Under the pieces are notes generated by a model. It ran no database searches and was not told the DNA's origin. It saw only the letters and a program-made list of their open reading frames with translations. From a virus, in the IMG/VR virus record IMGVR_UViG_3300009826_000007, positions 1-52,618 of that record: a stretch of DNA of 52,618 bases; one strand, 5' to 3'. Shown here in pieces: positions 44,036 through 51,176 of this stretch (the first letter of the stretch is position 1; every line of letters begins with the position of its first letter). The position numbers were made by a program, and so were the translations under genes.

Positions 44036-45025
44036 TTAATATTGCCCAATAATCCCATTTGCTTTTAATGCTGCGAAAATTCGGACTAAGGAACCCTTGA
44101 AGCCTATAACATCGTCCGGGTCATGCTCGCCTGTTAACCTTTTTGTTTCGCGTAACTCGTCCCGGATTTCTTTGGCGATGTCTAATTCGAACCGCACGCC
44201 CCGGAATATATCTTCTTTGAGTTTTTGTATTGCCTGTTCACAGTTTATTTCCGTCATTTTGATGTGCATTTTTGCGCCCTCGCGAATGTTGGCTATTTCT
44301 TCGTCTTTGGCAGATAATTCTGCTTCAAATTTTTTGTTGTTGGCTACAATTTCCGCATTGCGATCTATTCTATTTGTATCGTGTAGACGGCTGATTCTAT
44401 TACTTATTTCGGTTCTGCGATCCATCGTCTCTTTAATTCGCGCATTTTCTGCCTTCAACTCACGGATTTCGGCCTCTTGGCGCTCGATCAATCCCTCACA
44501 TCCAATGATTTCGGGTGCAGGCGTGTTATCATTTAATTGTCTAACGCCATTTTTATATATTGTGAGTTCAACTGGTTTTTTCGATTGCATGGTTTTGTCT
44601 GGCAAAAATTTGTATTGAATCCATTTGTCGTTGCCACCAATTTCACAATTGCCGCCTGCTGTATTAATCACCGACGCGTTGCCGGTTATTTTAGAATCCC
44701 AAATTTCCGATTCGTGGACAGCTGCAGAATTGTCAACAGTTGTGTTGATTATTGATGTATTTTTTGCAATAAATGCACAACCGTAAACCATAGAATCGCT
44801 ATCCAACCACGCGTTATATCGCAAATTGGCATCAATTTGAATCCAACCGCCCATTTCCCCGGTTTTAACAATCACGTTTTTATTTTCAAATGATTTTATG
44901 CAATGTATTTGTCGCAATCTTATTTTTGCCAGCCCCCCTGTAATTTTACAGGGGATTGACACTATTTTTGTTTCGCCCGTATAATCCCAGGTTATTCCTC
45001 TGTTTGATTTTTGCATTTTCGCCAT
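44036..45025 (-). CDS. Beta-helix N-domain protein, paralog 3, with a C-terminal coiled coil
   Basis: MAKMQKSNRGITWDYTGETK...IHCIKSFENKNVIVKTGEMGGWIQ, followed by a long charged helical region. Confidence 0.75.
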   Translation of the reverse strand: MAKMQKSNRGITWDYTGETKIVSIPCKITGGLAKIRLRQIHCIKSFENKNVIVKTGEMGGWIQIDANLRYNAWLDSDSMVYGCAFIAKNTSIINTTVDNSAAVHESEIWDSKITGNASVINTAGGNCEIGGNDKWIQYKFLPDKTMQSKKPVELTIYKNGVRQLNDNTPAPEIIGCEGLIERQEAEIRELKAENARIKETMDRRTEISNRISRLHDTNRIDRNAEIVANNKKFEAELSAKDEEIANIREGAKMHIKMTEINCEQAIQKLKEDIFRGVRFELDIAKEIRDELRETKRLTGEHDPDDVIGFKGSLVRIFAALKANGIIGQY

Positions 45026-45061
45026 TTTTTTTCTCCTTTTTCGCTCATCCTGTGGGGTGGA

Positions 45062-45203
45062 GTGCAGCGCCTGGTTTGGACACGCTGCACCTGCTCAAAC
45101 GATGTCGTTCAACATCCATTGACACCATTGTATACCATAAATAAAATGGTGTCAAGCGTTTTTTTTAAAAAAATTAACTTTTTTTACTGGAAATTTTTTG
45201 AAG
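45062..45203 (-). promoter_or_regulatory. Repeat cassette copy 3
   Basis: The core 45101-45185 is identical to the other copies. The inverted repeat is at 45119-45129 / 45145-45155. It lies upstream of ATG 45025. Confidence 0.75.
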
Positions 45204-45216
45204 GTCTGTTTTTCCC

Positions 45217-45465
45217 CTATTTTGCGCGTTTTTCCATATATTCAACCAATGCGGGGGTCGCCCGCCATGATACGGCACCCGTCATGTTTACCGCCCCGAT
45301 GTCAATCAATGTGGTGAAAATGTCAAACATCAAATAACGGTCGATGTTTAATAATGCTGGGGAACGTGCAGCTTTTAACGTTACATTGCCCGCTGTGATG
45401 AAATTGGGTAATTTTGGGTATCGGTCAAACAATATTTCCAGTCGTTCAATATTTTTTTCATCCAT
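45217..45465 (-). CDS. Hypothetical (82 aa)
   Basis: ORF overlapping the stop of the MCM-like gene by 8 nt. Confidence 0.55.
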   Translation of the reverse strand: MDEKNIERLEILFDRYPKLPNFITAGNVTLKAARSPALLNIDRYLMFDIFTTLIDIGAVNMTGAVSWRATPALVEYMEKRAK

Positions 45466-47338
45466 TTATTTTATTTCCCCCGTCTATTTGTTCGATTATA
45501 TCAATCAGTATTTTTTCAGGTCGATAAGTGGAGCTGGATTGGATAGTTATTAATTTGCGTTTAATCATGTTAACCAGTATTTGCGATCCAATAATTTGAG
45601 TTGTTTCATTATTTAATGCGTTTAAGAAATTTATTCCCCGGAATATGGGTGTGGTTAATATTGCCTTCACGCCTGGGTGCAATTGTAAAAGTTCACGTAT
45701 GAAAATAATATTTTGGTTTCGTATTTCGCGCATTCGTTTTAATTCCTGCACGTAAATGCTGTAACTCATAGACCGTTTGGACAAACAAAATTCTAAAAAT
45801 TCAATGGCAAAATTTAGGTGTTTTTCTACAATTATGAGCTGTCCGCCTTTTATCGACCCCAATAATACAGCGAAAGCGCATGATAATCGTAGTAATTTTT
45901 CATGTGCCGTCATGCCAACAATAAATGGGGTTCCGCCCATTTCATCGTTAATGTAATCGGCGGCATCGTGCAGGTTATTTTTAAAATTATCATCGTAACA
46001 AATGTCGTTGGCCGCCATTGTCCACGCCTGTTTTATTAACGTCCGCCAATTGTCTACATTGATTTCGTAAAAATTTTCAATTTTTTCAAATGTATTTGTA
46101 TTTGTATCTAAATCTACATCTAAATCGCTGTACGCGGCGGAAATGACTAAATCAAATTGTGATTGTCCTTTGGCATTTGGAATAAAATCCTGAAATGCGC
46201 CGTATCCCTTCCAGAAAAAATCCTGAATGTCTGCATTATTTTTGGGCGTGGCCAACCAAATTAACCGGGTACGTGTTTTCGCCTCGCCCTGCACGATGCC
46301 ATCGAATGCGATTGATTCCGTATTGCAGGCATTTACAATATTTCGGATGTCGTATGGATCGATCCTGTTGGCATTCCCAATTGCCAATAACCCACGGTCA
46401 TTATTCGGAAACGCCCCCCATGTGACAAATTTTGATTGGCCAAATTGTTGTGTTTTCCCAATAATGTTGGTTTCCCCATTTGTATATTCGCCCATCCCGA
46501 TTACATCCACAAAACGCTGCACCATTTGTGTTTTGCCAATTTTTGTATCACCGATACAAATTGTATTTAACCGCCCGCGAATAGTTTTATTTTCCCACGG
46601 AATCCTGTCCACAGAACAATATGTCAAAATCATAGCGCCAAATAAATCAATACGCCCCTCGATTTCTAATACTGGCAACCATTTTTTGTAAAAAAATTCG
46701 AAAAGTTCAATGGCGCTATTCGCCGCATTAGCAACCGCCTGGATGCTGGCTAATTCTTTTTTCCGTAAAAGTGGCGCAAATTTTCCGGGCCGATCAAGCC
46801 GTTTGACATCACGAATTAAATAACATTCCATTTTTGTGTTAGGGTCAACAACTTTCATAGCTGTCAAATTATATTTTCGTGTCGGAAATAACCGTTGCAT
46901 TTTGTGTACATACATACCAAATTTGCATTTGTCAGCGGGCGAAGCCATGTTTTGAAAAACAATTTTTTGTACATTGGTATATTCAATCGGCGTTATTTTT
47001 ACTTTCTCGCATCTGAATTTTTTTTTCGCAAATTCACGCCATGCCCGCGCCCCGCGATTAACATAATCAACTGTGTTTTGAATTGGCAAAATTATAATCT
47101 CTTCTTTTTTGAATTTTGGGGCCAATATGCATTTTTTCCTGCAGTTTTTTATTTTGCATTCGCATTTAATTTTTGTTGGAATAACATAATTTTCGGGGTC
47201 TACGCCGATAACTGTTACGTTGTCAAATTTGATTCGGCGGGTTGTTTTTTCTGTTGTTTCAACAATATCATCATTCAAATTGCCTTGTCCTCCTTTCGGT
47301 TCCGGTCTGGTTCCATTTCGGTTCCGGTCTGGTTCCAT
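45458..47338 (-). CDS. MCM-like AAA+ protein with an N-terminal Zn/OB-like region
   Basis: GDTKIGKTQ corresponds to the MCM Walker A, and ...TRLIWLATPK to the sensor region. SQFDLVI sits where MCM has SRFDLIF. CECKIKNCRKKC is a Cys cluster. An alternative start is TTG 47278 after AAAGGAGG. Confidence 0.6.
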   Translation of the reverse strand: MEPDRNRNGTRPEPKGGQGNLNDDIVETTEKTTRRIKFDNVTVIGVDPENYVIPTKIKCECKIKNCRKKCILAPKFKKEEIIILPIQNTVDYVNRGARAWREFAKKKFRCEKVKITPIEYTNVQKIVFQNMASPADKCKFGMYVHKMQRLFPTRKYNLTAMKVVDPNTKMECYLIRDVKRLDRPGKFAPLLRKKELASIQAVANAANSAIELFEFFYKKWLPVLEIEGRIDLFGAMILTYCSVDRIPWENKTIRGRLNTICIGDTKIGKTQMVQRFVDVIGMGEYTNGETNIIGKTQQFGQSKFVTWGAFPNNDRGLLAIGNANRIDPYDIRNIVNACNTESIAFDGIVQGEAKTRTRLIWLATPKNNADIQDFFWKGYGAFQDFIPNAKGQSQFDLVISAAYSDLDVDLDTNTNTFEKIENFYEINVDNWRTLIKQAWTMAANDICYDDNFKNNLHDAADYINDEMGGTPFIVGMTAHEKLLRLSCAFAVLLGSIKGGQLIIVEKHLNFAIEFLEFCLSKRSMSYSIYVQELKRMREIRNQNIIFIRELLQLHPGVKAILTTPIFRGINFLNALNNETTQIIGSQILVNMIKRKLITIQSSSTYRPEKILIDIIEQIDGGNKING

Positions 47339-47380
47339 TTCGGTTCCATTCTGGTTCCATTCTGTCCCCGTTCCGGTTTC
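47298..47380. repeat. Iteron array 2: GGTTCC at exact 11-bp phasing at the 5' end of the MCM-like gene
   Basis: GGTTCC occurs at 47298, 47309, 47320, 47331, 47342 and 47353. Degenerate units follow at 47364 (GTCCCC) and 47375. The 24-mer at 47353-47376 matches 41528-41551 with 2 mismatches. Confidence 0.9.
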
Positions 47381-47387
47381 GGATATT

Positions 47388-47422
47388 AAAAACGCCCTAA
47401 GCGGGCGCGGTTGTTTTTTTTA
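47388..47422 (-). terminator. Short GC hairpin flanked by A and T runs (bidirectional-terminator-like)
   Basis: The minus strand reads A8-caaccg-cgccc-gctta-gggcg-TTTTT. It lies about 30 nt after the stop at 47440. Confidence 0.4.
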
Positions 47423-47439
47423 AATTAGATTTTTTGAAA

Positions 47440-47862
47440 TTAGAAGGGTAAATCTGATTCGGCATCGGCGGCATTGGCCATTTGTGCCATGGTTTTAAAC
47501 CCTTTCACGGTGTTTCGGATTTCGATTCCGTTAAAAATTTCCTGTATTACTTTTACACCCAAACGCAATCCGACAATGTCGGTGGGGTCAATTTCCACAA
47601 TCGCATTGGTGTCAATTTCAATCGCGTCAAAAAATTGTTTTGCCCGCCACAACGCTGAATCGGTCAAAATAAAATTATCCCACAATTTACGGACACTATC
47701 CACGGGGGTGCCGTCACTATGCCCAAAAATTGAGTACGTAATTGATAACATCGGTTTGCCGGTGGACGATTCTTTTAAAATCGCCTCTTGGATGCTGGCC
47801 ATATAATATCCGGGTTCCAATGGTTCGCGATTAGGTACACCTCTAAAATCTAATCTAACCAC
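47440..47862 (-). CDS. DUF669-like protein (phage ssDNA-binding partner of Sak4-type ATPases)
   Basis: 140 aa, immediately after the ATPase. The N-terminus reads EPLEPGYYMASIQEAILKESSTGKPML. Confidence 0.55.
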   Translation of the reverse strand: MVRLDFRGVPNREPLEPGYYMASIQEAILKESSTGKPMLSITYSIFGHSDGTPVDSVRKLWDNFILTDSALWRAKQFFDAIEIDTNAIVEIDPTDIVGLRLGVKVIQEIFNGIEIRNTVKGFKTMAQMANAADAESDLPF

Positions 47863-48627
47863 TTAAAATTCCTCCTTTTCCGTGATTCCAAGCACATATC
47901 GCATTGTGGGGTTAATAAAATCTCCCCCAGCGCCTCTTCGACTTTTTGCAGGCCATTTTCCTTTGGATTTGGTTGAGGCCTTGTAGCGCCCCATTAAATC
48001 GGTTTCAGTGTGTACTACAATTCCAAAATATGACGGCATTTCTTGTACCATTTTCCCATGGATGGCTGGGCCACCTAAAATCGCGCCGGACAACTCGTCC
48101 TTGATTAATGTTTCCTGCATGATGAATATCTGATTTACGGGGCATTTGCGCAATTCCTGTATAGACAATTTGTTCAAATCGGTCAACATGCCCCAATGTT
48201 GTAATTCAACACCCTTGCGGAATCCTAATACACCCGTAAATCGGTCATGGTTCTTTTGGCTACGCAATTCCTCGACCATATAAAATTGTATTTCAGACCA
48301 CGTATCCCACACAATCCAATCAAACGGGCTAGTAATTTCTGTATTAAAAATTGTAGACCAATGCTTGGGGTCATTTTTCTTTACCGCCTTGTACGCGGTA
48401 TCCAAATCCCTAAAATTTTCAAATGACACCACAGTAATATTATCGCGGAATTTTGCCAGACCGTCTGCACATGAAATTGTTTCGTACCCCTGATCAATGT
48501 CAATAAATAATACGTTGCCAATTTCGCCCAATGTGCCACATAAATGTGTTTTGCCCGTGCCGGACGCGCCATAAACCAAAACAAAATACGGCTTGGATAT
48601 ATCTTTTTTTGCATCTATAATTTTCAT
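47863..48627 (-). CDS. Sak4-like RecA-fold ATPase
   Basis: Walker A is VLVYGASGTGKTH and the Walker B-like motif is WIVWDTWSE. Confidence 0.75.
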   Translation of the reverse strand: MKIIDAKKDISKPYFVLVYGASGTGKTHLCGTLGEIGNVLFIDIDQGYETISCADGLAKFRDNITVVSFENFRDLDTAYKAVKKNDPKHWSTIFNTEITSPFDWIVWDTWSEIQFYMVEELRSQKNHDRFTGVLGFRKGVELQHWGMLTDLNKLSIQELRKCPVNQIFIMQETLIKDELSGAILGGPAIHGKMVQEMPSYFGIVVHTETDLMGRYKASTKSKGKWPAKSRRGAGGDFINPTMRYVLGITEKEEF

Positions 48628-48857
48628 TATGTCACCCCCTTTTTGTCTGTGTTGTCGTTGTCGCTGTCGCTAATCGATTCAACACCCGTGTAGTCCTTGC
48701 ACAAAATGGCAATGTCGTTTAACGCTGAAGTTAGGCAATTAATCAATTCAACAGTTTGCGAATAGGTAATATTGCCCGGATTCACAAAAAAATTGGTTAA
48801 ACATTCGGAAGATTTTTTTGTGCGCTCTGTAATTTCTTCAAATTTTTCAATTGTCAT
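48627..48857 (-). CDS. Hypothetical (76 aa)
   Basis: The ORF is coupled to the ATPase start. Confidence 0.5.
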   Translation of the reverse strand: MTIEKFEEITERTKKSSECLTNFFVNPGNITYSQTVELINCLTSALNDIAILCKDYTGVESISDSDNDNTDKKGVT

Positions 48858-48878
48858 AGCACATACTCCAGGCTTTTT

Positions 48879-49067
48879 CTACCAAATAGTCGCAAATACA
48901 GTCAATTTCATCACTTTCCAACTGTAAAACCGAAATTCTGGCAATATATTTGCAGTTATAGCGTTAATATAGTGAATCATTATTTTGATTTCCTCGACTC
49001 GGTGTATTATTCCAATTTCTTCTTGTTTTTTGATTATTGCTTTCACTTTTTTCATTCGATCCATCAT
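48879..49067 (-). CDS. Hypothetical (62 aa)
   Basis: ORF with GGAGG-like sequence upstream. Confidence 0.45.
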   Translation of the reverse strand: MMDRMKKVKAIIKKQEEIGIIHRVEEIKIMIHYINAITANILPEFRFYSWKVMKLTVFATIW

Positions 49068-49101
49068 TTATTTCCTCCAGGGGGCTAAATAATTGCAACC
49101 C

Positions 49102-49293
49102 CTAAAACAATGTATTATTAACAACTGCATAGCAATCACCGCCGCAATATTCAGGCCGTTTCCCTTTTTCGTTATAATAAATCATTGTATGCACAAGTTT
49201 TTCGACATCTACCTCGTTTTTTTCTGCTATTTTGTCACAAACAACACAATAATATCCTAAATATGCAAAACGGTTGTCATTGTCCATTATCAT
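49102..49293 (-). CDS. Hypothetical Cys-containing protein (63 aa)
   Basis: YYCVVCDK...YCGGDCY. Confidence 0.5.
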   Translation of the reverse strand: MIMDNDNRFAYLGYYCVVCDKIAEKNEVDVEKLVHTMIYYNEKGKRPEYCGGDCYAVVNNTLF

Positions 49294-49396
49294 TTTCCTT
49301 ATATTTTTTCCGCAAAGCGCCTACAGTAGCAATAAATATCCAAAATGCGTGTGTAGCTATTACGCCTATCCAAAAATCACTAATTATTATTGTCAT
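49277..49396 (-). CDS. 39-aa single-pass membrane peptide (below cutoff)
   Basis: Translates as MTIIISDFWIGVIATHAFWIFIATVGALRKKYKENDNGQ. Confidence 0.4.
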   Translation of the reverse strand: MTIIISDFWIGVIATHAFWIFIATVGALRKKYKENDNGQ

Positions 49397-49414
49397 ATTC
49401 CACAACTTTCCAAA

Positions 49415-49615
49415 TTATTTTCTACCTATCATTGCAAATTTTACGAAAAGCACAACAATTGCACCAATTTTGATTAAACCTGTGACCCAAATTGGCGCAA
49501 GAACCCACCACCATGACCAATCTATAATGTCTGCTAGACGTAAAACTATAAATGCTATCGCCAAAAATGAACAGAAAATGCCTATGTTAGAAACATTTCT
49601 ATTGTTGTTTTCCAT
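49415..49615 (-). CDS. Small two-TM membrane protein (66 aa)
   Basis: IGIFCSFLAIAFIVL and WWWVLAPIWVTGLIKIGAIVVLFV. Confidence 0.55.
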   Translation of the reverse strand: MENNNRNVSNIGIFCSFLAIAFIVLRLADIIDWSWWWVLAPIWVTGLIKIGAIVVLFVKFAMIGRK

Positions 49616-49652
49616 ATATTAATTTTCCTCATCATCCAAAAAGTCGGCATGG

Positions 49653-50129
49653 TTATCCCTCCAGGAATCGGAAATTCCCGAGAAGCACATTGACTATTTT
49701 TGTGCCAACTGCTATTTTTGCGATTAATGCCGGTGTGGTTGTAACCGGCGCGTCCACGTCCCAACGCTGAAAATATCCCAAATCAAATTTTACCCAATTT
49801 TCAATATCAATGTCGAAATATTCGCCTGCACATTTACGCCCTTGTTTTGTTTCGAAATTTTCCCGTGATCCCCAAAATTTCAAATCGTCCGGTGCCGCAA
49901 AAACAATTCTGTTATTTTGTAATTCTATCACTCCCACGGTAACCGTTTTTGCGTTGTCTAAATCCTCGTTGAGGGTGCCATAAAACGCTGTCCCCCATTC
50001 ATGGAAATAACCATTTTCAAAATTTTCCTTGAATTCTTCATTTTCGTGTTTCTGTCCGTAATATTTGCCGCTACATTTGCGTAATTTTTCTATGTTTTTT
50101 GTAATTCTACTCACTTTATCCTTTCCCAT
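49653..50129 (-). CDS. Hypothetical (158 aa)
   Basis: ORF in the operon context. Confidence 0.6.
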   Translation of the reverse strand: MGKDKVSRITKNIEKLRKCSGKYYGQKHENEEFKENFENGYFHEWGTAFYGTLNEDLDNAKTVTVGVIELQNNRIVFAAPDDLKFWGSRENFETKQGRKCAGEYFDIDIENWVKFDLGYFQRWDVDAPVTTTPALIAKIAVGTKIVNVLLGNFRFLEG

Positions 50130-50231
50130 ACATAGAACAATAGTACAGTTGACAGGAAAAGAATAAATAAATCTGTGCCTATCAACTGTAAAACTATCCA
50201 GATTATAACTGCTGTTGCTATTATCGAAATA

Positions 50232-50462
50232 TCAATCACCACTCATTAACATTTTTATCATGACAATTGTGTTGACTAAAATCAAAATTAGAGTCGAAAT
50301 TATAAATATCCAAAACAAAAGAAGTTCATTACTTCCACTCATAAAACGCAAAACTAGTGATACTATCATTATTATCATGATGCAGGCGTAAAATATCCTA
50401 TAGGATTTATATTTAAACATTTTTTTCACCCATTTTGTCAATAAAGTTTTGTACGATCTCAC
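50232..50462 (-). CDS. Small two-TM membrane protein (76 aa)
   Basis: RIFYACIMIIMIVSLVL and LLLFWIFIISTLILILVNTIVMI. Confidence 0.5.
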   Translation of the reverse strand: MRSYKTLLTKWVKKMFKYKSYRIFYACIMIIMIVSLVLRFMSGSNELLLFWIFIISTLILILVNTIVMIKMLMSGD

Positions 50463-50760
50463 CTGGGACTATTGATTGTTTGTCTTTTTCGAATGTAGTA
50501 ATCACATTTGATTTGAAAACGATAACATGATTTATAATTTCAAGGGCCAAAATAAGTGTGCTGATATTATATTTTTCCTGTCCCAAAGTGCTACATTTTG
50601 CGTCATTTATGGCCTCGAAATATCTGTGTGCTAAGTCGTCAAGAGATGTCCTTTCTTTGGATTTTATTGGAAGATCGTAGAGTTCCTCTACCGTCAAATG
50701 ACCAAAAAATCTAAGTTTTGTTATTGCTGCCTGCTCAAAAATGGTAATATAGTCGGTCAT
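50413..50760 (-). CDS. Hypothetical, tandem paralog B
   Basis: FEQAAITKLRFFGHLTVEELYDLPIKSKERTSLDDLAHRYFEAI parallels the upstream gene. Confidence 0.6.
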   Translation of the reverse strand: MTDYITIFEQAAITKLRFFGHLTVEELYDLPIKSKERTSLDDLAHRYFEAINDAKCSTLGQEKYNISTLILALEIINHVIVFKSNVITTFEKDKQSIVPGEIVQNFIDKMGEKNV

Positions 50761-51167
50761 ATCAATTCCTCTAGCATTTTTTGCAATTCCTCGACTGATT
50801 TTGCGCTAAGTGCCTCGTCCTGCTTGTTTGCGATTAAATGTAACAATTTTTGTTGGCGGTCACGTAGGGCGCGGGCGTTTGCATGTTTTTCGCGTTCTGC
50901 CAATTTAACGTCAATGATATGTTTGACGATGTCAAATTTTAATTTTATTAATTCAAACTTGCTGTCAGCAACGGCGTTTTGATCCGGGACAAAACAAACT
51001 TCTTTGTCCGCTTTTATAGCCTGAAAATATCCCCGTGCCATGTCGTCCAACGATATTTCGCCGTTTTTGGATGTTAACGGAATATCAAACAAATCCTCTA
51101 CGCTTAACATGCCTATTTTGGTACTAAATCGTAGTTTCATCCGTGTAGCCTTTTCAAATATATTCAT
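50757..51167 (-). CDS. Hypothetical, tandem paralog A
   Basis: FEKATRMKLRFSTKIGMLSVEDLFDIPLTSKNGEISLDDMARGYFQAI. Confidence 0.6.
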   Translation of the reverse strand: MNIFEKATRMKLRFSTKIGMLSVEDLFDIPLTSKNGEISLDDMARGYFQAIKADKEVCFVPDQNAVADSKFELIKLKFDIVKHIIDVKLAEREKHANARALRDRQQKLLHLIANKQDEALSAKSVEELQKMLEELI

Positions 51168-51176
51168 AAATTCCCC

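Noticed and set aside
40070-45337. Plus-strand ORFs running through the repeat cassettes (40070..40279, 43706..43969, 44956..45144, 45011..45337)
   Set aside because: They look conserved only because the cassette is repeated. They cross the palindrome and T/A runs and lack an RBS. A regulatory DNA/RNA role explains the conservation better.
34933-47380. CRISPR array interpretation of the short tandem repeat arrays (12-bp, 11-bp and 18-bp periods)
   Set aside because: The periods are far too short and there are no unique spacers between repeats. No cas genes are present.
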